A DNA stretch of 53,979 bases, filler included, from Sphacelaria rigidula (Eukaryota), in assembly GCA_964200075.2 (NCBI GenBank). It is 3 parts of 3 records of this genome, joined end to end, with 100 filler letters (N's around TTAATTAATTAA, not from the genome) between each part and the next. Parts side by side here need not be neighbours in the genome. Positions count along the whole stretch, not along the records: positions 36,065 to 53,979 come from CAXNAA020000963.1; 2 more parts are not named here. The stretch is one strand, 5' to 3'. Every line of letters starts with the position of its first letter. Positions within the stretch are counted from its first letter, which is position 1. Made by a program: the position numbers and the translations under genes. The notes beneath the pieces are model-generated. The model made no database searches and was not told the DNA's origin. It saw only the letters and a list, made by a program, of their open reading frames with translations. Positions 36,838 through 49,801 of this stretch are shown one piece after another.

Positions 36838-36897
<60 letters not shown>
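36838..36897. repeat. (GCA)20 / (CTG)20 microsatellite upstream of the kinase ATG
   Basis: Perfect 20 units, ~250 nt upstream of the start codon. Confidence 0.97.
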
Positions 36898-36898
<1 letters not shown>

Positions 36899-38116
36899 GA
36901 GGAGAAAAGAAAGGAAATCCTGCTGCCTGGACCCCAGTAGCGTGCTTTCGTGTGGAAAACAGACCTCTCGACCTGCTACGCGGGTCACCGTACTCCACTT
37001 CACTCCACTCCACAGCACTGCACTTGGCTCTGCTCCGCTCTGCGCCCGTCCTTTCGGTTTGTGCGCCGCAGTGCCTCACCCCAGCCCAGCCCAGTCCACT
37101 CTGCCCGCCCCTGCTCTCTTCAGATTTTCTGCACTATACACCAATGGAGGCGTTTGCCACCCGCTGCGCTATATATATATATCAATAGAGGGAGCTTGTT
37201 CGGCCAAACCCCCCTCTTTCAATTGATTCAGTTTTGGCCGCAGAGTTGCTGTTGGTCACGGCCTGGGGCTCAAGCTAGAGTGCACCCACCGCACCGAGAG
37301 AACACATCAGCCAAGGCCGATGTTTGGCGCTCCTAGCTGCGACAAGTCAGTGGGACGGTAGCGTGCAGGGAATCGGAGGGGAAGGGACACGGAGGAATCT
37401 ACTTTTCAGATGTATTGCTTTTGGCATGCGCTAAACTCGTGTGTACTCCCATTACTCTTGATTGGTGGTGTTGACAGCGGTGGGAACGTGTCACCATTCA
37501 AACCTGTACGTCACTCGTTGCACGCCGCAGGTTCCAGCTTGATCCGGTTTGTCAGTGTCGGGACGTGCTCTTCGGCTTTCAGCCGCTTGTATCGGTGGAA
37601 AGTCGTACTAGTCGGGTAAACTGTGAACCTATACACGCGCGAACATGGCACTTTCATCAAGAAAAACGTCTCGCACTGCATTTCTGCCAAAAACACCCGG
37701 AACCCAGATGCACCCACAACATTTTCGAAGGGGAGCTGTGGTCTGAGGAAGAGTTGTTTTCAAGGCTAGCTGTGATCAAGATAGGGTTGAGTCTTGTGGC
37801 ACCGGTGGACAAGACGCGCAAAGGACCTCGGCTTGTAGGTGCCAGTTCACATGGCGATTCTTGGAGTCAGCCGTCGTGGATGAGGCTAGCTCTGATGGGA
37901 ACAAATCTCGATTCTGTGGACACCCCAATCTGCGCAAAATCGGGGGAATTTACACTTGAGAAAGTCGCGTCTGTGGGGATCCTTGTATCGTGTCGCTGAT
38001 TCGTGACAGTTTTGTACACAGATCTTCAATCTCCGCATGGGTGCGGTTTCGCGGAGGCGACCTGAGTAAATGTACGTGAGCAATGGTTGGTACTATGGAG
38101 ATGCCGCCAATTCTCA

Positions 38117-38340
38117 CGCTAACCCTAACCCTAACCCTAACCCCGACCACGGCATACCGAGAACCCTCGGGCAAGGGGGTGCGGAGTGTTCCCCACAGTA
38201 AGTGTGCATAGCCAGAGCTCAAATCGACGCCTTTCAGCTGATTTTAGATCAAAACACGTTCTGGATGAGCTGGGTCTACTGCTCACCATTGCTCACCTGC
38301 CCTAGACCATGAATTTTCTCAGAACTTTCTTGACTCTGAA
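38117..38340 (+). repeat. Dispersed repeat beginning with (CTAACC)4 telomeric hexamers
   Basis: Hexamers at 38119-38142. Inverted homologues at ~40880-40955 and ~53220-53410. Confidence 0.75.
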
Positions 38341-38416
38341 ATCAAGTAAAATCGAGTACCAACCATTGTTCACGTACATTCCCTGAGGCCTACTGATATC
38401 GCGTCGGTAGAGTTAC

Positions 38417-39045
38417 CCCTTGAACAGCGAGCGACGCTTGGGAACTGTTCTACTGTTTCACAGGCTCGCAGTCCGGAGACATTCGGGGGTTTCCAGTGGC
38501 CAGGGGGTGTGGTTTGTAGGGGGGGGGGGTCTGTCCGCAAAAGAGCCGAAAAGCTCCGCAAGTCAACCATGTGCGTTTGGAAGTTTCCCGCGGAAAATTA
38601 TGAGGCGTGCACCAGGCACGACAGGCGCGGGGTGCCCATTCTGACCAATCACGCTCGTCAAAATGAGCACGTTCTTCCGGTTCGGGTGGACTACTTTGGA
38701 CTCATTCGCTGTCTACTCCCACGACTCATTTTGGTCATGGGAAATCAACCATAGAGTACATGGGTACAAATGACTTGTTTTGTATTCTGCTCGTGGTTCC
38801 CGCCGCCTGCCTGATCCCTCATGTGCTGCCAGCATATCTTCATACTGTCTGTAGTTTTGTTGAGCGCTAGGCAGAGGCATCAGCACTATCCAGTAGATTG
38901 TGTCCAGTGAAGAGCGATGGCACACATTTTCTGTCTCTTGCCGTTGTATCCAATGAAGACATGCAGCACACATACATACCGACTTTTCACGTCAGTGCCT
39001 GCAGGGTCAAAACTGGTCGAGGGGTTCTCCGGGACTATTTTCCAT
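38417..39045 (+). mobile_element. Non-autonomous element (family B) with piggyBac-like terminus
   Basis: Starts cccttgaacagcgag. Homologous to 45602-46170 (+) and 48630-49672 (-). Confidence 0.75.
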
Positions 39046-39242
39046 ACCATACAAAATAGAATACACCGTCAAAGGTGTCTGCGTACAGTATCGACTATTG
39101 CGCCTATTGCAACAGACAAAAGATTTCATACTGTGCGCAATACATTTTTCGGCAATAGAATCTTTTGTCCAGAATATCAAATTTCCCATGTAAAATGGAT
39201 GACAAACATTTACTTCCTCTATGAAAAATGCGTGTTGTGTCG

Positions 39243-40621
39243 AAAAAATCATGTGTGCACCCGGGTGCACCATCTGCACCCTCGGATAATGGCAACACAC
39301 GTGCGGCTGACCTGTGTCGCATGACCACCCCGACTGCGGTGACTTGGATCACACTTGCAATCGGAGCCTGCACAACCAACGCAGAATACAGTCGGCAGTA
39401 CAACAGTAACATGATGTCGTACTCTCTCTCATCTCTCACTACCCGTCGCGTGGTCGAGTCTGCATGACTTCCCACTGCCAGCTCGAACATGAAAAAACAT
39501 TATGTTGACTCATTCAAAGCTCAAAGTTTTATACTCGCTTACTTCCCATTCATGTATGATACACACCGACAAAGTATGAACGGAAAAGAGACGCCGCTTC
39601 GTGTACCCCGAGTGGCGCAGAAAACCCAAGGTAGAGAGAGTGGCGTGTACCGAAACAGGCAACATCATGGCAACTATATTATGTGCTTATAGTGGTTAGT
39701 TGTAATGAGTCTATCGGTACCGCGATCTATGTGCACCGTACCGTCCCCGCAGCATCCGCCCGCTGTTTGAAAGAACATGGAGAGCGTGTCACCCCAACGG
39801 TGGGTCATCTCTTTCGTCGGCATAACTTTCACTAAAAAAATTCCTACCCTGGCGGTCAAGGGGTCATAATTGAAAGCTGACTGCAGAAAGGGGTCACGCT
39901 ACCCGGGCGGTTGGTGGATGTGATCCTTCAGTGATGTGATCCTTCAGTGATGCATGCCCATGAATGAACGGAGGAACACAGTGAGAGGGAAAGAGAAAAG
40001 GAAGGCACTGCACTGTACTCTCTGTACAGCGTTGTACAATCCTCTGTGTTTTGGCTGGGCTTTCGTGTACCTACACTGACAATGTACCCTCCTGTCTGTA
40101 GGCCATCACTTCTTTTGCTGTTGAGAGGGTGTGGTGCACATAGATCGCGGTACCGATAGACTCAACACAATCAACAACCAGAAGCACATACTATAGTCGC
40201 CATGATGTTGCCTGTTTCGGTACACACCACTCTCTACCTTGGGTTTTCTGCGCCTCTCTGGGTACACGAAGCGGCGGCTCTTTTCTCTTCACTTTGCCGG
40301 TGTGTATCATACATGGATGGGAAGTAAGCGAGTATAAAACTTTTGAGCTTCGAAATAGCCAGAATTTTGTTTCATGTTCGAGCTGGCAGTGGGAAGTCAT
40401 GTAGACTCGACCACGCGACCGGTAGTGAGAGATGAGAGAGAGTACGACATCATGTTACTGTTGTACTACCGACTGTATTCTGGGTTGGTTGTGCTGGCTC
40501 CGATTGCAAGTGTGATCTAAGTCACCACAGTCGGGGTGGTCATGCGACACAGACCAGCCGCACGTGTGTTGCCATTATCCGAGGGTGCAGATGGTGCATC
40601 CGGGTGCACACATAATTTTTC
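39243..40621. mobile_element. Large foldback element: ~490-bp inverted arms around a ~395-bp spacer
   Basis: 39243-39738 is the reverse complement of 40133-40621 at high identity. Confidence 0.92.
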
Positions 40622-41009
40622 AAAATTATGTAGCTAGAAAAGCGCAGTTTTGAACCCTAAATGTAACATAGTACAACTCAGTCCACCTGCGGGGGGGGGG
40701 GGGGGGTCGCTGTCTGAACCCCAATTGGGCTACACTATGTACATGGTTGATATCACTTGATTTGAGTGTTGAAAAAACGAGAGTAAGATCTTGAGTGGGG
40801 CTAACAGTCCCGTGTGCTCCTCGCGTGCGCAGAACACGTGTTCGTTAAAATCGGCGCCACAGGCGCCGATTTGGGGTCTACCAAGGCCGCACTTTGCCTA
40901 GGGAACACGACGCACCTCCCTTGCTCGAGGGTTGGGGTTGGGGTTGGGGGTAGCGAAAGTTATAAAATGCGTCAACCATGCACACATAGTAGCCCAACGT
41001 CGGTTACCC

Positions 41010-41630
41010 TACTCTATTGCGTACTAGGGAAGCCGAAGAGCAGGCAGGCTGTGAATCATACTTCGAATACAGCATCGTACCGTGATACCCTACCGTGATA
41101 TAGTGCACTATACTCCCATCATCACAGTACAGGATAATGCCGTATGGTTATACATGACGGTACAGTCGATACTGCGAGAAGAGTGAATAGTGTGCGTCTA
41201 GAGTTCAGTAGTGTAGTGCCGTGCATCACCCCGCAAGTACAGCAGCAACAGAGAGTAGCACAGTATAGCATAATATATTACCGTCGTCGCAGGGTACGGC
41301 AACGCTCCCCATCCGCTTGCGCGAAGCTGCTCCAGAAGTTGGCATGGGTAGGCACGCCCTGTGCTGTCACCAGACTGTTTGCTGTTGAAATATCAAACGT
41401 ATGTTGCACCATCATCGTACGTCACAATACGTACACCACATACCTACAGAGTGGGGAAAGCCCAACCTTCGGCCTTCCTCCGATTCGGGGCTCCGGATCT
41501 GGGAAAATCGTTCACAAATCGTGACATTCCAATTTGAACTTTCCCTGTCTGACCCATCTTGGGGAGCCGTAAAATGCGTTTTCCGATTTCAGATCCCCCG
41601 ATCTGAATACAGATAGAGATTGGTCACTTG
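41010..41630 (+). repeat. Dispersed repeat (family D), copy 1
   Basis: Colinear with ~46280-46970 (gaagccgaagag.aggcaggc.gtgaat…gagttcagt.gtgtagtgcc…gcaagtacagc). Confidence 0.75.
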
Positions 41631-43488
41631 GATAAACACTGGTTTAACGTACCGGCACCCTCACAGGGGGCAGGCAGCCCACCGAGATTCAGGGCATGAG
41701 TGTACCACCGTGCACTATTGAAACACCAATTTCGGGGATATGAACGATGTGAAAACTCGCCGGCTGTAACCCCCGATAGGAGTATGGCGGCTGCGGTCAA
41801 CTCGACGCATTGGGACCGGGTGAGCTACCCCTGAACGTGCGCCTTCAGGTTGGGCAAAAGAGCGACCTCCGACAATCGCCATGTGTAATGAGTTGTGGGG
41901 CTACTACCGCACAGCAGAGGCACGAGAAATGCCCCCCTCCCGACGAAAAGAAGAAGCCGTGCGGGCAGATTTCGAAATCTCAATCTGTCTCGATGTGGAG
42001 ATCGCCATTTTGGCATGTGCGGAAAGATTTCCTTTCATAACGTGTAAAACCTAGTGAACGGCCGTTACAGGGGTAGTTCCTGGGAGCCCCGAAACTCCGA
42101 TATCTGTACAGCCGGATATGGGACCCCAAGGTAACAGGGATCTGTCCAGCGAACTGCGGTCAATCGCTGGGGATCACTTGTTATTCTTCGGGCTAACTCG
42201 CTCCCGCTCGTCGAGCTTCCCCGAGTGATCCTTGAATATCTAACACGAGGAAAATCATCGGCCAGCTTCGACGGTTCCTACCCTCACCGGGAGTCTCAGG
42301 ACCTCCACATTCATGGAAGATTCACATTTCCATAGGTCTGACCTTTTTATATTGTTCTATATGCATACTTCGTATAAATATATATGTAACCGTTCGCTGT
42401 AGGCCAACAACGAGCAGCATCGATTTTAGTATGAAGGTGCTACAGAAACACAGGACAAGGGAGTATGTACACAAAGGAGTCATGTGGTACGTGATGGAGT
42501 CACCCAAGGCGAAGCTGGGATGAATCAAATGTCTCGAATGTATGATTCATGAGGGGGTCATGCCGCCAAAAGTTACACCGGTAGACATATACTACGTATA
42601 TATATCCTCACCACGTCCACCTCCCTCGTTCGATGGAATGAAACAATGAGAGTATCAGCGCGATGTTTTCTGCCACTCGACTTTTGAAAAAATCCATGCT
42701 TGAACTATCCGTTGCCTTTCGTCAAACCCTTCGACCATCCGTTGGACCGAAGCCCGAACAAAGGCAGGGACGCTGGTTTGAGCTACGGTAGAGCACGCTG
42801 GGCATGCCTCCGGCCCGGTGACCGTTACAAAGATCCGAATATGACGGTTCAGGCTGACACCCAAGGCCAAGTGTCTTTCAACCCTGAAATTGAGAAGCCA
42901 AGCTATGAAGAATTTCCGTCGGTATCGAATGTCGCTTGTGATGGAGCAAATCTAGGTAGGTTTTCTCTTCCTTTCTGACCTGCGCTCCGTCACTCACCTA
43001 CAGCATCAGGGCAGACCGCCAACGGTGAGATCGCTCAGCATGCCTCTGGCGTGACTAAAAACAGCACCTCTTTGCAACTGGCCTGCACAGATGAATGAAC
43101 AGATCTATCTCTCTGCAGCGGTATGCCTGGGTAAGTATGTACAGACCGCGAAAGAGACCGGCCGCCAGAAAAGCGGCAAAACAAAATATCGGAACACAAA
43201 CATCCAGAGACCCGCCGCCAAAAAAATCTCGCCGAACAGATTTCCAGCCAAGGGGTCTGAGGCTGCGGAGGGATAATGCGAAGAAGGTCCGTTGCAAAGA
43301 GCTAGGGGCCAGCCATCGCCTATGGGACTTGCCCCTCGTTGTCGATGATGCTTTCCATCCTGTCACACAAAGACTGACCAAATAATGTCTAGTGGCTCCG
43401 CAGCCTATGCGTCACAATGGGATTATCTTGGAGAAACGATTTTACAGTTGACAAGAAGCGGAGGGGATTACCGCACAACATAACTTGA

Positions 43489-43689
43489 TCCTTAGACAGC
43501 GAGAGACGTCCATCTGAAGAATCGGCATCCAATTCACCTTAAAAATGTAGCTATGGTCCATATGGACTACGCTCGCCGTCCACGGGTACGGATTATCCCC
43601 AAGACCGCGACGCGGGTAGTCTATCTGGATCACGCATTTTTATTTTTCATTTCTTCAAATGAAATTGATTCCGACACAGCGTCCAAGGG
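43489..43689. mobile_element. Two adjacent, oppositely oriented ~100-bp piggyBac-like MITEs
   Basis: 43489-43586 and 43597-43689. Termini tccttagacagcgag, ccccaagaccgcga and gtccaaggg, with degenerate TTAA flanks. Confidence 0.65.
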
Positions 43690-44384
43690 TCAAAGTTGCG
43701 CTCAAACAGGTGGGTTTTGATCCCGCTGTGCTGTGTACGCGCTGCGAGTGTACGACGGCTACATCATAATGTCGCCCGCAACTTTCGCTCCTGTTGTGCA
43801 ATCTTCAACCTTCTGTACTTCATTGATGCTCCTAGGTAGGTGTACAACCGCGAGGCGGTTTATCGTTCAGGATTTCGCCACTTTTTGTAGGGAGTATTTA
43901 AAACTCGTATTTACTGCTGCGGAACACTGACGGTCGTCATTGGTTCACGAATCGTAACAGCAAGAAAAGACAAAATACTTGGCTTGAAATTGAAACCCTT
44001 CGACCGCCTGAGATATACAGTTGTAGAATCGGCATCATTTTCACTCGAAGAAGAAGTTAGAGTTGATGCCGACTCCACATATGCACACCTGAGGAGATCA
44101 AAGGATGGGAAGGATATCATAATGTGGAAGGGACAAGCACACCCACACAATGATTCCATGTAGGGGATACAAAAGGGAGTAAAGCAGAAGTGCACGGAGA
44201 AATCACCATCACACATAGATTTATTCATTATTATTTCGGCATATTTGTCCGATCTCTCGAACCCGTGGTCGACGACGTAGGCTCGTCTTCCCAGCACTGA
44301 ACACTGACTGTCCCTGCTGTTCCTTGCAAGACATGAGGTTCTCATGATCTTGTCTGAGACTTTGGAGTAGAAACAGAAACAAAA

Positions 44385-44600
44385 ACAACCGAGGGTCGGA
44401 CAAATAATGATCCGTCCGGAAATTACTTGGTTTTAGTATAACTAATTCGACTCGTACGAATCAATCCCTGGGCCTTGTTTCCAGCGTTACAACCCAGGTA
44501 CACGCAGCCCAGACACGTGGAATAGCGCGAAAGTTGCGTGGATACCCCTTGGATCAGCGGTCAACTTTTTTCTCCCTTTTGGGCAATTCGGCCGAAGAAA
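44385..44600 (+). repeat. Dispersed repeat; inverted copy nested in the family B element at ~48910-49100
   Basis: agggtcggacaaataatgat…acttggttttagtat…tcgactcgt…gaatcaatccct.ggc and cagcg.tcaacttttttctcccttt occur in both. Confidence 0.7.
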
Positions 44601-45601
44601 TAATGGCTTTCGTGATTCGAACCCGTGATGATTCGTCCTAACCGTGAAAACAACCGAACGTAATATTTCAAGTAGTTGGCATCTGAGCTATTCATCGTAA
44701 CGTATTCGTAATTGGCGGTTGTCTCAATCTTTTTCGCTTGCCACCGCTCATCACATTGGGGATCCGAAAATACTCATACCCGCTCCACATTTCTAGAAAA
44801 AAAATCCTCTGTACTCAGTTTTGACTGACTTACGGGCTGACCGGTCGTCGGGGGTCCTGCACTTTTCAGCCCAGATTCTGACTCTCGGGTTTTTCCAACC
44901 GATCGAGCCCATTTCGATCGTATTTGTGAAACAAAAATGTTCTTCTTTTTCCAAAACTCTGCCTACATAGTGCACCAGGGCTGAAAAACTATGCCCCACA
45001 GTCAACAACACCCTCCTGATAAACGGGGTATCTACTCGTATCGCCCGAATAACACCAAGTGACACTAACTTGGACACTGTTTTGCTGACGATCTGTTTAT
45101 TTCACCAAAATCTACCGACGCTAGCACTGTCGAGTTCTATCGAAGAGTAGTAAGCGAGAAAGCTCCTAGAACAATCCTGAAGACGTCTGATGCTGACCAC
45201 CGTGCCAAATAAAACGAAGAGAGACGCCAACAAAGTATAGGTTATTTCGACTGAATCGACCTCCAACTTGGTAACGAATAAAAACATTTTGCGCCATGCA
45301 AGTTTTTTACTTGTGCTACGAAGATACCAGTGTCCTTACAATATCGCTTTCCCCGTCCCCCAGAAGAGTTTACCCTACTTCCGGTGACAATCTACTCATG
45401 GTGGATATTACTTGATATGAGTGTTAACACCGATAATCGTATCTTTCGTGGGACTGGCAGTCCCGAGTGCTCTTCGCGTGGGCAGAATACAGTTTGTCTA
45501 AATCGGCGCCGATTTGAGTTCTGCCCACGCACTCTGCCTACGGAAACTCTCTGAACGCTCCATGCCCAAGGATTTTTCGATATGCCTCGGGTTAGGGTCA
45601 A

Positions 45602-46170
45602 TCCTTAGACAGCGAGCGTCGCCTCGGAACAGTTCCACAGGCTGACAGTCCAGAGACATTCGGGGATTTCCAGTGGCTGGGGGGGTCTGTCCGCACAGTA
45701 CAGTAATCGTAAAGCTCACCAAGCCAACCATGTGTGTTTCGAAAATTTCCACGGAAAATTCGAAGCCAGGAACGAGGCCTGAGAGGCACGGAATGACCAT
45801 TCTGACCAATCACAGTCCACGTGGTTCCCCTACAGGAGGACCACAGGTGGAATATTTCGCTGTCTACCGCCATTTTTCATTTTGGCCAGACAGCTTGACC
45901 ATAGATGACACGGCTACAAATAACTCGTTTTGTACTCCGCTCAAGGTCTGTGCTGCCTGTTTGACGCCTCGTGTTGCCAGCATAGCTTCACATTGTAGTG
46001 TTGTTGAGCACTGGGCAGAGGCATCAGCATCATGCAGTAAATTGTGTTCAGTGGAGAGCGATTGCACACTGACTGTTTCTTGCAGTTGTATCAAGCGGAG
46101 ACACACCGCGCACATAGTGACTCTGTACACCTCCACGATATAAATCGGTCAGGGGTTCTCGGCAACTGTT
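45602..46170 (+). mobile_element. Family B element, copy 2
   Basis: tcaa|tccttagacagcgag start, colinear with 38417-39045. Confidence 0.75.
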
Positions 46171-46279
46171 TATTATACAGAGGCCCAGCATCCACATGCT
46201 TATGAAAAAGGCGTCCTGTGTAGCAAGAAAAGAGCTGTCCTGAACCCCAAACGTGGCCTAGTCCATCTCATGAGTGTGG

Positions 46280-46970
46280 TATTGCGTCATTGTGCATGAA
46301 GCCGAAGAGTAGGCAGGCGGTGAATAATCCTTCGAGTACAGTGTCGTACCTTGGTACCCTAGGGAAATACAATGCAGGACACTCCTACCATTGCAGCACA
46401 TGATAATGCCGTGTGGTGATACACTATGGCACAGTCGGTATTGCGAGAAAAGTGAACAATCAGTGCGCGAGAAGAGTTCAGTCGTGTAGTGCCATACATC
46501 ACCCTGCAAGTACAGCGACAACGGATAAGGAGAGTATAGTATGTATAGTATCGTTCGATATAGAGAGACATGTGACAGCGCAGCGCAGCAAAAAATATCA
46601 CCATCGCCGCAGGGTTCGGCGTCAGCATATAATCCGCTTCTCAAACCCGGTGCGGAGCTGCTGCAGCAGCTGGAGAGGGCAGGCATGCCCTGCGCGCTGT
46701 CACGAGGCTGTCTGCTGCTGCGGTTGCAAAAGTACCAGACGCCTCGTACCCTACAATTCCATGTCAATGCACGTACGTCACCTCAAAAAAATCGGGGGAA
46801 GCCACGATCTCGGAACGATTTTTCCCGATTCTCTCGAAAAATCGAAGGGAAACCGTTCTGAGATCGTGACACTCTATTTGGTCCAGATCGGGGTAAAAAA
46901 AATGTTTTCCGCGATTTTCCCTCCCTCTCCCCCCGATGCTCGAAAAAATCGAGATTGGTGACTGCCATAA
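46280..46970 (+). repeat. Dispersed repeat (family D), copy 2
   Basis: Colinear with 41010-41630. Confidence 0.75.
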
Positions 46971-47124
46971 AAGATGGTCTGGGATCGTGACACCCCGATT
47001 GTTTCTCCCCCAATCGACGGCCATAAAATGCGTTCCTTAATTTTCTTCACCCCGCGAAAAAATCGACACTGGTGACTGCCATAATATATGGTCCCAGTCC
47101 ATCTGCCGAGGGGTCGCTGTTTAA

Positions 47125-47223
47125 CCCTGAGACCGCGAGGGTAGTCCACCTGGATCGTGCACACTTTTTTTCAAGTCAAATTGATGCGGATCCAGCGGAT
47201 CCCTCATTCTATTATTCAGAGGG
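47125..47223 (+). mobile_element. piggyBac-like MITE
   Basis: TTAA|ccctgagaccgcgag … gaggg|TTGA, immediately followed by another terminus (tccttagaccgcga at 47228). Confidence 0.7.
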
Positions 47224-48174
47224 TTGATCCTTAGACCGCGACCCCCCCGCAGGTGGACTGAATTTGACTGTGCCACAGTTAAGGTTCAGAGCAGCTCTTT
47301 TCTCGCTACACAGGACGCGTTTTTGGACCTTCTTTGGCGTGACACGAGAATTCAAGCATCCGTTAATCGAGTTTTGTGACGAACTTTTGTGGGGTCCTTC
47401 CTTGGGTTATGTGGCGACAGCTCGATCACGAAAATTTGAAAAATACATATCGTAGCGCCGGTTTTTCGGGGTCCCAGAATGGAGACTACTTTGAAAAACG
47501 AGTTGAACCCCCGCCGGACACCCGAAAAACGGCAAAAAACTCAAGAAGTCAAAAAAACTCGTACAAAGAAAGTTGCGTCATGACACATAGCATATTTGTG
47601 CAACGTTTCAGGGTCTAATTCCTCATAACGGCGTGAAGGTTTGCGCGTCTGTGGAGGACGTGGGCTTGAAACGACCAATCCCTAACTACTTGGTTTTAGT
47701 ATGGAAGCGTCTATTTGGGTGACTTTCACGTCAAGGCAAAAAAAACTGTACAAGAGGTTTTCGAGTTCATCCACAGAACTTTGTACATGTGTTCCTTTGC
47801 CTATCCTGGGACGCATCATTCAATTCTTTTTCTTTTGGGCATTCTGTACCGCCTTCCGGAGGTCTACAGACGAGGACCCCCGCGGGCCGGTGGGAAAGGG
47901 AGAAACTTTGAAATTTTGTCAAGAATACATTTTTTCCATTTGGTGTTCCAATATATACGAAAGTGCCAAGTTTGAGGGCGATCTGAGCTTTTCTACAACT
48001 GATTCAGGGGACACCGTCACGAGGCTCCCTGGGTCTTTCGTGCGGATCAGTGGAAATTAGCGACGCCAACATCCGACATCATCGATACATCACGGTTTCG
48101 GGTATAATTTGACCCTCGTAGTAAGCGTTTCAAAATACTTTTTTTTCGTTGGATTCCCGGGTCGATGACGGTTA

Positions 48175-48360
48175 GGGTCTGTCTTAGCACATTAGTTTTG
48201 GATCGAAATTGTGCGGTGGAAAACAAAAATCCCGATCTGGTGGGTCGTAATTTCAACCATCGTTAATTTTGAAGATGGTTGAAGTCATGGCCATTCGGAT
48301 TACGATTTTTATTTTTTTCACCACTTTTTCGATCGAAAACTGATGTGCTAGGACAGTCCC
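48175..48360. repeat. ~185-bp hairpin unit, same family as 52003-52680
   Basis: gtcttagcac…tcgaaa…gcggtggaaaacaaaaatcccgatc…ttcaaccatc and its inverted copy. Confidence 0.8.
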
Positions 48361-48629
48361 TTGATACGATTTGAAGCAAGTGAAGATTGGGTGAAAATTG
48401 AGCTTGGAATTCATAATTCCGATCTCGGAACAATTATACGGGCGCTGATTGGTCGATATACCATTTCGCCCTTAGCGCGACCACTACGGCCTTACACACA
48501 AATCCGGCTATGCCATGCTCTTCAGCTGTCCATGGCGGTCAGTATGATATCATGTATGAGACTATTGGATAGGTATTGCGAATGGCGTTCGCTGATGACA
48601 CAATTATGGGTGATAGGGGTGGACTAGCC

Positions 48630-49672
48630 TGTAGAAAAAAGTCCCAGAGAACTCCTGACCAGTTTTGACCCTGCAGTCAACTGCGTGCAGAGTCGGTGTG
48701 TATGTGTGTTGCGCGTCTTCACTTGATACAACGGCAAGAAACGGTAAAAGTGTGTCATCGCTCTCCACTGAACACAATCTACCGCATGCTGCTGATGCCT
48801 CTGCCTAGCGCTCAACAACAACACTACAGACAGTGTGGAGCTATGCTGGCAGAACATTAGGGGTCAGGCAGGTGGCGTAGACCAAGAGCAGACTACAAAA
48901 CACGTCATTTCACGGTAAGGACAAATCATCACGACTCAAAATCACCAAAATCTACGATTTCTTCGGCCTGATTGCCTGAAAGGGAGAAAAAAGTTGATCG
49001 CTGNNNNNNNNNNTAAGCCTAGGGATTGATTCGTCACGAGTCGACTCATAATACTAAAACCAAGTTATTTACAGACGAATCATTATTTGTCCGACCCTTG
49101 CATCATTTGTACCCATGTAGTCTATGGTTGATTCCCCATGACCAAAATGAGTCGTGGGGGTAGACAGCGAATTAGTCCATTGTACGAGATAGTCTTTTCC
49201 CTTCTCTGTCGGTGTGCTTTTTTGAGCAGATCTCAAGTTTTTTTTTGTTCTTGAAATTAGGCTGGAGTCTCGAAAACATTATGGAGGACTCTTATGTCTT
49301 GTAAGCAATAGCAGGGACGGTATTGGAAAGACGAGCCTACGTCTGTGACCACAGGTTCGAGAGATCGGACTGATGTGTGGAAATAATAAATAGTAATAAT
49401 AATATAAAGTTCACCCGAACCGAAAGCAAGTGCTCATTTTGACGACCGTGATTGATCAGAATGGACATTCCGCGCCTGTCGGGCGTTGTGCACGGCTTAT
49501 AAATTTCCGCGGAAAACTTCAAACACACATGGTTGACTTGGTGAGTTTTTCGACCCCTCTGCGGACAGACACTCCCACGCTCAAAAATCACAGCCCCGGC
49601 TACTGGAAACCCCCGAATGTCTCCGGACTGCCAGCCTGTGAAACAGTTCCGAGGCGACGCTCACTGTCCAAG
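48630..49672 (-). mobile_element. Family B element, copy 3, interrupted by two insertions (~48910-49100 and ~49180-49405)
   Basis: Three blocks are reverse complements of consecutive parts of 38417-39045. Confidence 0.75.
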
Positions 49673-49687
49673 TATCTAGGGTAATAA

Positions 49688-49801
49688 CCCTTAGACTGCG
49701 GTGCGGTGCGGGCAGTCCATCTGTATCCTGCATTCTAATTCAACTGAAATTGATGCCGACACAACAGATGACCTACTACTCTAGTTGTTCGTGAGTTAGG
49801 G
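49688..49801 (+). mobile_element. piggyBac-like MITE
   Basis: ATAA|cccttagactgcg … taggg|TTAA, shared core tgaaattgatgccga…agatgacctact. Confidence 0.7.

Noticed and set aside
36699-37226. Poly-Ala/Ser/Leu ORFs
   Set aside because: Artefacts of the (GCA)20 microsatellite upstream of the kinase.
38119-38142. True chromosome end
   Set aside because: Only four hexamers, internal, and part of a dispersed repeat.
43095-43385. Histone H3-like basic ORF
   Set aside because: Only compositional resemblance (QTAK, KK…RF); no histone-fold motif in any frame.
43911-44345. 144-aa minus ORF as transposase remnant (likewise 50059-50446)
   Set aside because: No DDE or other recognisable motif by eye.
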